Origin: Nitrospirota bacterium
Lineage (GTDB): Bacteria > Nitrospirota > UBA9217
DNA: 64,000 nucleotides
NCBI GenBank assembly: GCA_963663225.1
Contig: OY760142.1
Location: 2,656,001-2,720,000 of the forward strand
Direction: 5' to 3'
The notes under the pieces are model-generated. The model saw only the letters and a program-made list of their open reading frames with translations. It had not been told where the DNA came from and made no database searches. Positions 19,475 to 29,407 of the stretch are shown piece after piece (the first letter of the stretch is position 1; each line of letters opens with the position of its first letter). Both the position numbers and the translations under genes were made by a program.

Positions 19475-20273
19475 TGATGAATTGCAGATGCCTTTCTGGA
19501 GCCACCTTGCAGAACTGAGAAAAAGAATTATATGGTCGCTTGTCGGCGTTCTTATAGGGTTCGGGATTTGTTTTAACTTTTCGGAAGACTTGCTAAGGCT
19601 GCTTATGTGGCCTATGAATGTCAAATTGACGATCATAACGTCCTTCCCGTTTCTTTCAGCTACCCCTGCGGAAGTCCAGCAAAAACTGCACTACACCACG
19701 CTGATTGAACCGTTCTGGACGCACCTTAAGATTGCTCTTATTGCAGGGGTAATGCTTGCTTTTCCGGTTGTCATGCACCAAATATGGATGTTCATAGCAC
19801 CGGGATTACTTCCAAAAGAACGTCGCTATGCCGGCGTTTTCGTCATTTTTTCGACTCTTTTTTTCGCGATCGGCGTTCTCTTTTGCTTTTTCCTTTTACT
19901 GCCCTTTGCCGTCCCGTTTTTACTAACGTATAAAACTGATAACCTTGTTGCCATCATCAGACTTGGCGACTATACTGATTTTGTTATGAAGTTCCTCCTG
20001 GCAAGCGGTCTCGTATTTGAGCTTCCGCTTGTTATAGTCCTCCTGAGCCGCATGGGAATTGTAAGCCCAAACTGGCTTGCTAAATACCGAAAATATGCAT
20101 TCCTGGCGTCCTTTATTCTGGGCGCCATTCTGACGCCTACTCCTGATGTATTTAATCAGACATTGATCTCCATTCCGATTTACATCCTGTACGAGGCGGG
20201 GATTCTTTTAGCTCGTATCTTTGGCAGAAAAAAGAAATCCGAAACAACAAAACCGACGGAGACAGAGCCTTGA
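19467..20273 (+). CDS. tatC: Twin-arginine translocase subunit TatC
   Basis: MPFWSHLAELRKR, FIAPGLLPKE, FELP, ILTPTPD. Confidence 0.94.
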   Translation: MSDDELQMPFWSHLAELRKRIIWSLVGVLIGFGICFNFSEDLLRLLMWPMNVKLTIITSFPFLSATPAEVQQKLHYTTLIEPFWTHLKIALIAGVMLAFPVVMHQIWMFIAPGLLPKERRYAGVFVIFSTLFFAIGVLFCFFLLLPFAVPFLLTYKTDNLVAIIRLGDYTDFVMKFLLASGLVFELPLVIVLLSRMGIVSPNWLAKYRKYAFLASFILGAILTPTPDVFNQTLISIPIYILYEAGILLARIFGRKKKSETTKPTETEP

Positions 20274-20761
20274 AAACGGTCTCGTTCGTTGCTGCAGCTT
20301 CAAACAGCGGCAAAACCACACTGATCGAAAAAATTGTGGCCCGTCTCAAAACAAAAGGGTTGCGTGTTGCGGTCGTGAAACATGCTTCTGCAGGTTTTGA
20401 TCTGGACAAGCCGGGCAAGGATTCCTGGCGGTTCAGCCAGGCAGGTGCAGATGCAGTCATCCTTGTAAGTCCGGAGCGTCTGGCCCTTATAAAAACAATT
20501 GAGCGGGAGCCAACACCGGAAGAAATCAATCGACTGGCCCTGGATGCGGATATTATTATCCACGAGGGATTCAAAAAGACGATAAAAAACAAAATCGAAG
20601 TTTTCCGGCAGGGCATATCCGGTAAACAACCGATTTGCCAGAATGACTCCAGCTTTATTGCGCTTGTGAGCGACAAGCCGTTTACTCTGCCCATCCCCAG
20701 ATTCGACATCAACGATGTCGACGGAATCACTTCTTTTCTCCTTACCCATCCAGAAACGTAA
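20270..20761 (+). CDS. mobB: Molybdopterin-guanine dinucleotide biosynthesis protein B
   Basis: SNSGKTTLIE, AVVKH, DKPGKDSWRF, EGFK. Confidence 0.9.
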   Translation: MKTVSFVAAASNSGKTTLIEKIVARLKTKGLRVAVVKHASAGFDLDKPGKDSWRFSQAGADAVILVSPERLALIKTIEREPTPEEINRLALDADIIIHEGFKKTIKNKIEVFRQGISGKQPICQNDSSFIALVSDKPFTLPIPRFDINDVDGITSFLLTHPET

Positions 20762-20861
20762 TAGTATTGCTGCCGGATATAGTTTCATGAAAAGGTTCCC
20801 ATTGACTTTCACAGGCGTTTTCTATATGGTACCCGCGTAAAGCAGTAACTCTGAACGACAG

Positions 20862-22154
20862 GTGGATACTATGTCAGGAGCACGTTCCAAAAAATTATTT
20901 CGTGAATCAAGCACGCTTATCCCCGGCGGAGTAAACAGCCCTGTGCGGGCGTTTCGTTCTGTCGGCGGAGGTCCTTTGTTTATTCAGAAAGCAAAAGGAT
21001 CCAAAATCTATGACGTTGACAATAAAACGTATATTGACTATGTCCTGTCCTGGGGGCCAATGATCCTCGGTCATGCTCATCCCCGTGTGACTGATGCACT
21101 CAAGAAGGCGATTGAAAAAGGAACAAGTTATGGCGCGCCTACCGAGCTTGAAAGCAGACTAGCTAAGCTCGTTAAGAGTGCTTGCCCGTCCATCGCAATG
21201 CTACGGATGGTGAGTTCGGGCACTGAGGCAACGATGAGTGCTATTCGAGCGGCGCGAGGTTTTACCGGCAGGGATAAAATCCTGAAATTCGAAGGCTGTT
21301 ATCACGGCCATGCAGACAGCCTGCTTGTAAAAGCCGGGAGCGGAGTGGCCACCTTCGGTCTGCCGGACAGTCCCGGAGTTCCGGCGGACCTGGCAAAACT
21401 TACCTTAACGGCCTCATACAATGATCTTGAGCAGGTAAAAGAAATCATTTCGCGCAATGAAGAGCAGATTGCCTGCATTATTGTAGAACCGGTTGCAGGA
21501 AATATGGGATGTGTGTTGCCAGAGCATGGTTTCTTGCTGGGATTGCGCAAGTTATGCGATCAGCACGGCATTGTTTTGATCTTTGACGAAGTGATGACGG
21601 GTTTTCGGGTCTCCTACGGCGGCGCACAGAAACTTTACGGCATCAAGCCTGATCTCACCTGCCTTGGTAAAATAATCGGCGGGGGGCTTCCTGTAGGTGC
21701 GTACGGCGGCAAACAGGAGATCATGGAAAAAATTGCACCGATGGGGCCGATTTATCAAGCCGGCACTCTTTCGGGAAACCCGCTGGCCATGACAGCAGGG
21801 TTGGAGACTCTTACCATTCTTGCAAAACCCGGCGTGTATGCCAAACTCGAAGAATTGTCAAAAGAACTTCAGAACGGTCTGGTTGCGGCGGCAAAAGAAA
21901 CGGGGATACCTACCTGCTTTAACCGGGTTGGCTCCATGTTTACATCATTTTTTACCGGCCAGGCTGTAACAGATTTCAAGAGCGCTAAAACAGCCGACAC
22001 AACGCGATTCGCTTCCTTTTTCCGGGGCATGCTCAAAAACGGCGTGAATATGGCGCCTTCTCAGTTTGAGGCCGCGTTCCTGTCCATTGCGCATACAAAG
22101 ACGGATATTGCGAAAACCATCGAAGCCGCAAGAAAGAGTTTAAAGCGTCTCTAA
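20862..22154 (+). CDS. hemL: Glutamate-1-semialdehyde 2,1-aminomutase
   Basis: [47 protein letters not shown]. Confidence 0.97.
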   Translation: MDTMSGARSKKLFRESSTLIPGGVNSPVRAFRSVGGGPLFIQKAKGSKIYDVDNKTYIDYVLSWGPMILGHAHPRVTDALKKAIEKGTSYGAPTELESRLAKLVKSACPSIAMLRMVSSGTEATMSAIRAARGFTGRDKILKFEGCYHGHADSLLVKAGSGVATFGLPDSPGVPADLAKLTLTASYNDLEQVKEIISRNEEQIACIIVEPVAGNMGCVLPEHGFLLGLRKLCDQHGIVLIFDEVMTGFRVSYGGAQKLYGIKPDLTCLGKIIGGGLPVGAYGGKQEIMEKIAPMGPIYQAGTLSGNPLAMTAGLETLTILAKPGVYAKLEELSKELQNGLVAAAKETGIPTCFNRVGSMFTSFFTGQAVTDFKSAKTADTTRFASFFRGMLKNGVNMAPSQFEAAFLSIAHTKTDIAKTIEAARKSLKRL

Positions 22155-22188
22155 GCAGAACCGCATGGTTCGAGAATATCTGGTGCTT

Positions 22189-22440
22189 ATGGATGAAGAT
22201 ACAAAAAAGCTTTATCGCATTCTTACTGTATTGAGCACGGTTGGCCTGGTCATTGTATTTGCTACCGTGATCGGCGTGTACATCGGGTTCAAACTTGATC
22301 AATGGTTTAACACATCTCCGTGGTTTACCATCATTTTTTTTCTGTTCGGCCTCATAGCAGGGTTTAAAAATCTATTTAACTATGCAAAGCGAATCGTAGA
22401 AGGTTTCAATAAAGACGAGGATAAAAAAAGTGGACAATGA
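22189..22440 (+). CDS. atpZ: AtpZ/AtpI-family small membrane protein
   Basis: Two TM helices, G..LD.WF.TSPWF...G..AGF pattern. Confidence 0.8.
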   Translation: MDEDTKKLYRILTVLSTVGLVIVFATVIGVYIGFKLDQWFNTSPWFTIIFFLFGLIAGFKNLFNYAKRIVEGFNKDEDKKSGQ

Positions 22441-22867
22441 AATGCAGCAGCACCATCAAACGGTGTTAAATATCATTAAAAACATATCGATAAAGACTTC
22501 CATCGCCGTAGCCGCAGGGACTGCTGTGGCTCTGGCTTATACTCTCTTAAAGACAGGGGAATCGTCATGGTGGTCCATTCCGGCCGGTGTCCTGTTCGGC
22601 GGGGTGCTTGGCTTGCTGAATTTCCGCTGGCTTGCCTTTGCCGTGGAACGGAAACTTATGAAAAAGATTTTACCGCCGGCCCCCCAGAACCATTTTATCA
22701 TGATCCTGAACGGGACGAAGCTTGCGGCGATATTTATTGTATTATTTGTTGTAATGAAGTGGCAGCTTGTGAACATATTTGGGATGATAATAGGACTGTC
22801 TCTCTGCTTTTGTGCAATTATATGGGAAGGTCTGATGTGGATTCCGCAGGCGCGCAACAAGGAGTAA
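22430..22867 (+). CDS. atpI: ATP synthase I-like membrane protein
   Basis: Four TM helices, G...GG..GLLNF.WL, overlapping atpZ; hemL-atpZ-atpI order as in Geobacter. Confidence 0.65.
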   Translation: MDNEMQQHHQTVLNIIKNISIKTSIAVAAGTAVALAYTLLKTGESSWWSIPAGVLFGGVLGLLNFRWLAFAVERKLMKKILPPAPQNHFIMILNGTKLAAIFIVLFVVMKWQLVNIFGMIIGLSLCFCAIIWEGLMWIPQARNKE

Positions 22868-22965
22868 CATGCCGGTTCTAAGCAGCCGGGTGAGTTTTTT
22901 CAGCTGTGCTGAGATCTGATGCGGAGAGAAGAGGAACGGTATCCGCAAAAATCGGTGGGAATCAA

Positions 22966-23781
22966 TTAGTAGTAAAACACGCCTATCACGATCAGTACAA
23001 GGAGGATTATCCCAATCGATAATGCAGTGTATCCAAATGCATATCCCGTTATCGTTAACCACCGGGTTTGGGGTTTTATTCTCAGCTCATCAAGCCTGTT
23101 TTCTGCAATGAGACGTTGATATTCGAGAGGACGTTCGTGCTGTAATTCTTCAAGATGCAGCCTGCCGGTAAAGATGACAGGGTCCATGGGAAATTTCTCC
23201 GGACGCAGGTGGGTGTTGAAAAAATGGGTTGTAAAAATAAATACTGCCGCGAGCAGCGCCTCGTCGCTATGGACGATCGTTGCAATATTAAATGTCCAGC
23301 CCGGGAAGAACCGTCCAAAAAACTCCGGAAACCAGAGAAAAAGCCCTGATACTCCGATCATGCTGACGCCCCAAAAGACAGCCCAATAATCGAATTTTTC
23401 CCAGTAGGTCCAACGGTCGAACTGCGGCCGCGGTCCCAGACCAAGGAACCACCTGAAAGAATGGTAGATATCTGAAAAGTCCTTTATCCAGGGTACCATG
23501 GAATCCGGTCCGAGGAAATTGAATTTAAATTTTCTCACAACGGCAAAATAATAGACAATATATCCGATGTGGGCGGCAAAATAGCCAAATGTTATGACCG
23601 CGCAAACACGATGGATCAAGCCGGCGGCTTTGAAACCTCCCATGGCTTTCATGAGCCAGAGCGCCCAGGGAGCAGAGGCGTATTTCAGCGGCATACCGGA
23701 GATGACAAGCCCCAGAAAACTGATAACAACAGCCACATGGAGCAGCCGGTGAAAGGAATTCAATCTTTTAATATCGCTCAC
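22966..23781 (-). CDS. Di-haem cytochrome b (HydC/FdnI family), CbcL-like membrane half
   Basis: FHRLLH, LIHR, FDRWTYWEKFDYWAVFWG, VHSDEALLA..HFFNTHLRP; GTG start 1 nt after the upstream stop. Confidence 0.85.
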   Translation of the reverse strand: MSDIKRLNSFHRLLHVAVVISFLGLVISGMPLKYASAPWALWLMKAMGGFKAAGLIHRVCAVITFGYFAAHIGYIVYYFAVVRKFKFNFLGPDSMVPWIKDFSDIYHSFRWFLGLGPRPQFDRWTYWEKFDYWAVFWGVSMIGVSGLFLWFPEFFGRFFPGWTFNIATIVHSDEALLAAVFIFTTHFFNTHLRPEKFPMDPVIFTGRLHLEELQHERPLEYQRLIAENRLDELRIKPQTRWLTITGYAFGYTALSIGIILLVLIVIGVFYY

Positions 23782-23782
23782 C

Positions 23783-24754
23783 TTACGCTCCTTTCTTCTT
23801 TTGAAGCCGCTCTCTGAGAGCACGATAAATCCACAAGAGAGTATGGGTAAAGAAGAAGGCAAATACCCCGATGAGAAGCAAGGTCATAAACACAAGGGGA
23901 TAGTAAATCAGGGGATATTTGTCCCGATTGTGTTCTTGCGGATGCGCATAGAATTTGGTAAAGCCTGTGGTGGCGGCAGGATGACATTTCTGGCACGTTG
24001 CAAGAATATTTTGTTCGGACAGTTGGGAACCGGCAGCCTTTACCTGCTGGATCGTGTGGTATCCGTGGCAGTCGGAGCACTTTGCCATGGTGGTATAGCC
24101 TAGTTGTGTCACTTTGCCATGGTACGTTTTACGGTATGTTTCAATCTCATTGCTGTGACAATTGCCGCACGTCCTGATTAGGTTCAATTTCCATTGTTCG
24201 TCCCGTGTGTTCGGGGTGAAATGCTCCTGATGGCAATCAAAACAGGTTGCAGAACCGGGATTTTTGTTCTGGATAAATTCTGTTCCATGAATACTTGAGC
24301 TGTACGCCTTAAATTCGGCAGGGTGACAACGAGAGCAAAGGGCAGGAATTTTTTCTCTTTGTGCCGTTGATCGTTTGTCGGAAGAATTAAAAATATAGTG
24401 AGAACCATGACACGTTTGGCATTTTGGCGCTTTGGGGTTCCCTGACTCCAGTGCTTTACCGTGTACACTCAGTTTAAATGCTTGAGCCTGTTTTGTTTGT
24501 GCTCCCCTGGTTCCCGTGCCGTGGCAACTATTGCAATTGACAGAAGAAACTTTGCCATGCGGATAACCGGATATTTTGACATGGCAATCGGTGCATGCGA
24601 ATTTGCCGTGTTTTGTTTGTTGGAGTTTTTTCAGGTTGACATATCCCGGCATTCCCTGCTGGCCATGGCAGGAAAGGCAGTCTTCTTTTGCGATAGCGGC
24701 TGAGGAGGGGAGGAGTATGAAGCTTGCAAGAATGAGCAGCAAAGCAGTCTTCAT
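23783..24754 (-). CDS. Nine-haem c-type cytochrome with C-terminal TM anchor, CbcL-like periplasmic half
   Basis: Signal peptide from ATG 24754; nine CXXCH (CLSCH, CTDCH, CNSCH, CQTCH, CSRCH, CFDCH, CGNCH, CSDCH, CQKCH). Confidence 0.88.
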   Translation of the reverse strand: MKTALLLILASFILLPSSAAIAKEDCLSCHGQQGMPGYVNLKKLQQTKHGKFACTDCHVKISGYPHGKVSSVNCNSCHGTGTRGAQTKQAQAFKLSVHGKALESGNPKAPKCQTCHGSHYIFNSSDKRSTAQREKIPALCSRCHPAEFKAYSSSIHGTEFIQNKNPGSATCFDCHQEHFTPNTRDEQWKLNLIRTCGNCHSNEIETYRKTYHGKVTQLGYTTMAKCSDCHGYHTIQQVKAAGSQLSEQNILATCQKCHPAATTGFTKFYAHPQEHNRDKYPLIYYPLVFMTLLLIGVFAFFFTHTLLWIYRALRERLQKKKGA

Positions 24755-24894
24755 GATTTTTGAGTATATCAAAGCAGTAGTACTTGTCAAGAGAGAATAA
24801 CGCAGGCAAGGAAAAATGCAATAAATAATGTATTGACCTGGGGAAAAGGCCATGATAAAATTTTCATCAATACTTAACGAGGAGGAATATACTG

Positions 24895-25215
24895 ATGAAA
24901 ATGAAGATAGCGTTGGTGCTTGTCGTTGCAATGCTCATTGCCATGGCAGCTCCTGTTTTCGCGGTAGCCCCTGGAAAAACCGTTGAATATGATGGCAAGG
25001 GTGCCGGCAAGGTGATTTTTGACGGCAAAATTCATGCCGGAAAAGGTACAAAATGCGCAGAGTGCCATCCAAAACTGTTTAAATACAAAAAAGGCACCGA
25101 AGTTTTCACCATGAAAGACATGAATGAAGGGAAATATTGTGGCGCTTGTCATGACGGGACAAAGACGTTCGGTATGAAAGATCAAAAAGATTGTTCCAAG
25201 TGCCATAAAAAATAA
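24895..25215 (+). CDS. Periplasmic c7-type trihaem cytochrome
   Basis: Signal peptide, GKVIF..KIH, CAECH, TMKDM, CGACH, CSKCH; strong RBS GAGGAGG. Confidence 0.88.
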   Translation: MKMKIALVLVVAMLIAMAAPVFAVAPGKTVEYDGKGAGKVIFDGKIHAGKGTKCAECHPKLFKYKKGTEVFTMKDMNEGKYCGACHDGTKTFGMKDQKDCSKCHKK

Positions 25216-25235
25216 TACAAACTCTATCTCCTTGC

Positions 25236-25269
25236 AAAACCCTCATGCGGAAACCGTGAGGGTTTTCTT
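25236..25269. terminator. Terminator after the trihaem cytochrome
   Basis: AAAACCCTCAT...GTGAGGGTTTT hairpin. Confidence 0.75.
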
Positions 25270-25341
25270 ATGCCAAAAGAATAAGCTATCGGCAGCTATA
25301 TTTTGAAATGCTGATAGCTCCACAAAGCACTTGCACCCACT

Positions 25342-26499
25342 ATGAATCTTCTGCTTCAAAAAACCGCAAAACGTATCGGGTATCTGCTGACTCCTCTCTG
25401 GGTAGGAATTCTTACGTTGCCTTTGGTAGGCGCTTCCAACGCTGTCCAATTCGCAGTCCTGGCTGCCGTATGCATGCTTCTGTGGCGATTGATCAGGACA
25501 GATGCTGTAACGGTGCTGTTTCGGAAGGTCCTTGCTCAGAGCAGCTCTTCTTTCAAAAGCACATCAATCGGCATTCTCAAATATACAGGCACTACCCGGA
25601 TCTTACTATTTCTTATCGCTGTGCTGTTATTAATGCCTCTTTTCTTAAATAACTACTATCTTGATATCATGACCTTAACAGGGATATATATCGTTCTTGC
25701 TCTTGGACTGAATCTTATTGCCGGGCAAACCGGTCTTTTAAACCTGGGATACGTGGCTTTTTACGCCATCGGAGCATACACGTATGCTATTTTCTCAACT
25801 GTTTACGGCTTGTCATTCTGGCCGGGGCTCGCTGCCGGCGCGCTTTCAGCAGCAGGTTTTGCCGTACTACTGGGCCTCCCGATTTTGCGTCTGCGCGGTG
25901 ATTATTTTGCCATCGTTACTCTCGGACTAGGAGAGATTACCCGCATTGTTTTGAACAATTGGGACGTCGTGACCGGCGGACCGAATGGCATTTCCCAAAT
26001 CGGCAGGCCCGTTCTCGCTGGATATGTTTTCCAAACAACGGTTGATTTTTATTACGGTGCGCTGGTAATGGTTTGCATAACCGTTTTTGCCATGCACCGC
26101 CTTGCAATATCACGTTTAGGCAGGGCATGGATCGCTATTCGAGAAGATGAAATCGCGGCAGAAGCCGCGGGCATTGACACGTACAGGTTGAAACTGCTGG
26201 CTTTTGTTCTGGGTTCAGCATGGGCCGGGTTGGCGGGTGTTTTTTTTGCGGCAAAGATGGCTTTTGTCTCACCGGAAAGCTTCACGTTCATTGAATCGGT
26301 CATGATCCTATGTATGGTGGTCCTCGGCGGCATGGGGAGCATACCGGGTGTTATCCTGGGTGCGGTGCTGTTGACCATCATACCGGAAGTATTTCGTGAT
26401 TTTCAGGATTACCGAATGCTGGCATTCGGCATTGCACTGGTCGTCTTGATGATATTCAGACCCCAGGGGCTGCTGGGAACCATAAAAAGAAAAGTATAG
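25342..26499 (+). CDS. livM: Branched-chain amino acid ABC permease
   Basis: LGLNL..G.TGLLNLGY, LRLRGDYFAIVTLG, AIREDE.AA, VLGGMG, RPQG. Confidence 0.92.
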   Translation: MNLLLQKTAKRIGYLLTPLWVGILTLPLVGASNAVQFAVLAAVCMLLWRLIRTDAVTVLFRKVLAQSSSSFKSTSIGILKYTGTTRILLFLIAVLLLMPLFLNNYYLDIMTLTGIYIVLALGLNLIAGQTGLLNLGYVAFYAIGAYTYAIFSTVYGLSFWPGLAAGALSAAGFAVLLGLPILRLRGDYFAIVTLGLGEITRIVLNNWDVVTGGPNGISQIGRPVLAGYVFQTTVDFYYGALVMVCITVFAMHRLAISRLGRAWIAIREDEIAAEAAGIDTYRLKLLAFVLGSAWAGLAGVFFAAKMAFVSPESFTFIESVMILCMVVLGGMGSIPGVILGAVLLTIIPEVFRDFQDYRMLAFGIALVVLMIFRPQGLLGTIKRKV

Positions 26500-26512
26500 T
26501 TTTTTGACTTGC

Positions 26513-27283
26513 ATGCTATTACTTGAGACGAAAAATCTGACGAAACATTTCGGCGGACTGAAGGCCCTTGACGGCATTGATATCCGGTTGGAACGCGAGC
26601 GGATCGTGAGTATTATCGGACCCAATGGCGCTGGCAAAACCACGTTTTTCAACTGCATCACCGGCATCTACCAGCCGACATTGGGAAAGGCTGTTTTTCA
26701 TGACCGTGATATTACCGGCATGCAACCGCACGAAATAACAGCAATGGGCATTGCCCGCACCTTTCAGAATATCCGGTTGTTCGGAGGCATGACCAGCGTA
26801 GAGAATGTCATGGTGGCGGCACACTGCCGCACTACGGCCGGGGTATTTGGCGCGATATTTCTTCCGGACAAGGTTGTCAAAGAAGAGCGCGACATGAGAT
26901 TCCGCGCTGCCGATATCCTCAGATTTGTCGGTCTTGAGGACAAACAAGGGGTCCTGGCCGCAAATCTTTCCTACGGCGATCAGCGCAGACTCGAAATTGC
27001 CCGTGCGTTGGGAACCGAACCACATCTGCTTCTTCTGGACGAACCTGCAGCCGGGATGAATCCCCAGGAAACTCTGGACCTTATGATGCTCATACGCAGG
27101 ATTCGCGACAATGGCGTTGCGATTGTCCTGATTGAACATGATATGAAGGTCGTTATGGGGATCTCCGATCGCGTGGTTGTTCTCGACCATGGAGTGAAGA
27201 TTGCCGAAGGGGTGCCGAAAGATATCCAGCAGAACACTGCCGTGATCGAGGCATACCTTGGCAAGGAGAGCCACCATGCTTGA
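26513..27283 (+). CDS. livG: Branched-chain amino acid ABC ATPase
   Basis: FGGL.A, GPNGAGKTT, GIARTFQNIRLF, LLLDEPAAG, IEAYLG. Confidence 0.93.
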   Translation: MLLLETKNLTKHFGGLKALDGIDIRLERERIVSIIGPNGAGKTTFFNCITGIYQPTLGKAVFHDRDITGMQPHEITAMGIARTFQNIRLFGGMTSVENVMVAAHCRTTAGVFGAIFLPDKVVKEERDMRFRAADILRFVGLEDKQGVLAANLSYGDQRRLEIARALGTEPHLLLLDEPAAGMNPQETLDLMMLIRRIRDNGVAIVLIEHDMKVVMGISDRVVVLDHGVKIAEGVPKDIQQNTAVIEAYLGKESHHA

Positions 27284-27977
27284 ACTCCGCGATGTCGCCG
27301 TATCGTACGGTATGATTGAAGCGCTCAAAGGAATCAGTTTGACTGTTGACCAAGGTGAAATCGTCGCGCTGATCGGCGCAAACGGCGCCGGCAAATCTAC
27401 AACCCTTATGTCGATCTCCGGTGTTACACCTCTGCGATCCGGCGCTATTGCATACTGCGGGCGCGATCTTTCAGGCTGCTCCATTCATGAAATCGTGCAA
27501 CTGGGAATTTCTCAGGTTCCGGAAGGCCGGCATATTTTCCCCCGCATGACGGTCCGGGAAAATCTTGAAATGGGTGCCTATGGTAAAAAAAACCACGACT
27601 TTTCAAAAGAACTAGAGCAGATATGCGAAATGTTTCCAACGCTGTCTGAGAGATATAAACAGCCCGGAGGGACCCTCTCCGGAGGAGAGCAGCAGATGCT
27701 CGCTATTGGAAGAGCGCTTATGGCGAAGCCCAAGCTTCTTCTTCTTGACGAACCGTCTCTCGGCCTCGCACCGATAATCGTGAGCAAAATTTTCAAGATC
27801 ATCAAGGAAATCAATGAACAGGGAACGACGATTTTGCTCGTAGAGCAGAACGCAAAAGCCGCGCTTCGCCTTGCGCATCGGGCATATGTAATGGAAACCG
27901 GCAGGATAGTCATGCAGGGCCAGGCGGCAATACTGGCAAAAGACCCCGGAATTAAGAAAGCATATCTTGGCGAGTAG
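27276..27977 (+). CDS. livF: Branched-chain amino acid ABC ATPase
   Basis: GANGAGKST, VPEGR.IF, LSGGEQQMLA, LLVEQN. Confidence 0.93.
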   Translation: MLELRDVAVSYGMIEALKGISLTVDQGEIVALIGANGAGKSTTLMSISGVTPLRSGAIAYCGRDLSGCSIHEIVQLGISQVPEGRHIFPRMTVRENLEMGAYGKKNHDFSKELEQICEMFPTLSERYKQPGGTLSGGEQQMLAIGRALMAKPKLLLLDEPSLGLAPIIVSKIFKIIKEINEQGTTILLVEQNAKAALRLAHRAYVMETGRIVMQGQAAILAKDPGIKKAYLGE

Positions 27978-28042
27978 AGCATGAATCACCATACGATTTT
28001 TTTAGCAGACGTCTGTAAATTTCTTTTGTATCCCTGAATACA

Positions 28043-28927
28043 ATGAACACTCCGAATACGCGGTTACGCAACATCAAGCTGATTCTTGAATACAACGGTA
28101 CGAATTATCACGGTTGGCAGTCCCAAATCGGAACCGGAAAAGCGACCATTCAGGATACGCTTGAACAGGCGATTTACTCACTGACAAAAGAACATGTTAG
28201 AACGACCTCTTCCGGCAGGACAGACGCAGGCGTCCACAGCCTTGGCCACGTAGCAAATTTTTTAACAGAAAGCACAATTCCTCCCGAAGCGTGGGCCCCG
28301 GCCCTGAACCATTTTCTGCCCACGGATATCCGCATATTGTCTTCCGAAGAGGTATCTCCGGAATTTCATGCCCGCTACAGCGCACGGGGGAAAATTTATA
28401 CGTACAGGATTTTAAACAGACGTGAGCCGAGTGCGTTGAACCGCGATTTCGCCTGGCATGTTAACCGGAAACTGAACATAAAAAGAATGAAACTGGCGGC
28501 CGTCAAATTGATTGGGAGGCATGATTTCTCGGCTTTTCGAGGATCGGGATGCAATGCAAAAACACCCATTCGGACGATCAGATCAGCAGTGGTCAAAAAA
28601 TCAGGCGCTTTCATCGAAATAACGGTTGAGGCGGATGCATTTTTGCAGTATATGATGAGAAACATTGCCGGTACTCTGGTTGAGACCGGACTGGGAAGAT
28701 TCTCTCCGGACGATGTCGGACACATGCTCGAATCGCGTGATCGAACCGCTGCGGGACGAACAGCTCCGCCGCAGGGCCTCTGCCTGGTGAAAGTTCTGTA
28801 CGACAAAAAAACATCGGCAGGAAGTAGTACGCTGAGCAAGAATGCCGTAAAAAAACGGAGAAATGCCGAAACTTGTGTATCTTGTGCTTCTCGCGCAAGG
28901 AAAACGAATACTAAAAAGAAAAAATAG
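28043..28927 (+). CDS. truA: tRNA pseudouridine(38-40) synthase with basic C-terminal extension
   Basis: Y.GT.YHGWQ, GRTDAGVH, FHARYSA, HDFSAF, TAPPQGL. Confidence 0.95.
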   Translation: MNTPNTRLRNIKLILEYNGTNYHGWQSQIGTGKATIQDTLEQAIYSLTKEHVRTTSSGRTDAGVHSLGHVANFLTESTIPPEAWAPALNHFLPTDIRILSSEEVSPEFHARYSARGKIYTYRILNRREPSALNRDFAWHVNRKLNIKRMKLAAVKLIGRHDFSAFRGSGCNAKTPIRTIRSAVVKKSGAFIEITVEADAFLQYMMRNIAGTLVETGLGRFSPDDVGHMLESRDRTAAGRTAPPQGLCLVKVLYDKKTSAGSSTLSKNAVKKRRNAETCVSCASRARKTNTKKKK

Positions 28928-28950
28928 TTCTTCGAAGAAAGACAACAAAG

Positions 28951-28984
28951 AAAAAACGACAACAGAACAGCCGTTGCCGTTTTT
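28951..28984. terminator. Probable bidirectional terminator between truA and rpmB
   Basis: AAAAAACGACAAC...GTTGCCGTTTTT. Confidence 0.6.
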
Positions 28985-29055
28985 ATAAAGTTCCCGCCGA
29001 TTGGATAAAAGTCAGAAATCCTGACAATGCTCTTTGAGACAGTGCCTGTTGCGGA

Positions 29056-29250
29056 TTAGCTGACTTTCTTGACTTTGCCCGAGCGAATGCAACGGGTGCA
29101 TACATGCATGCGAACATGAGCGCCATGCGGCCCAACTGCCTTTATTGACTGCAAATTCGGTTTCGACACCTTTTTGGTTCTGTTGTTTGCATGGCTCACC
29201 TTATTGCCGCTGAGCTTGCCTTTTCCGCAGATTTCACACGTACCAGCCAC
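29056..29250 (-). CDS. rpmB: 50S ribosomal protein L28 (CxxC/CxxC form)
   Basis: [17 protein letters not shown]...PNLQ...VCTRCIRSG; GTG start with GGAGG RBS. Confidence 0.95.
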   Translation of the reverse strand: MAGTCEICGKGKLSGNKVSHANNRTKKVSKPNLQSIKAVGPHGAHVRMHVCTRCIRSGKVKKVS

Positions 29251-29382
29251 TTGATATCCCTCCATAAACGTACTTGACAGCCATAAATTCAGAGTGCATA
29301 CAATACCATAAGGAAGCATCCCGTGCAAGCGGAAAATAATGTTTTATTTTAAACTCTTGACATGTTCCCGTGTCTGATATAA

Positions 29383-29400
29383 TGTAAGTACATACTTACA
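29383..29400. promoter_or_regulatory. Probable TetR operator overlapping an extended -10 promoter
   Basis: Perfect TGTAAGTA-CA-TACTTACA next to TGnTATAAT (29375-29383), 7 nt before the TetR start. Confidence 0.75.
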
Positions 29401-29407
29401 AAAAGTT

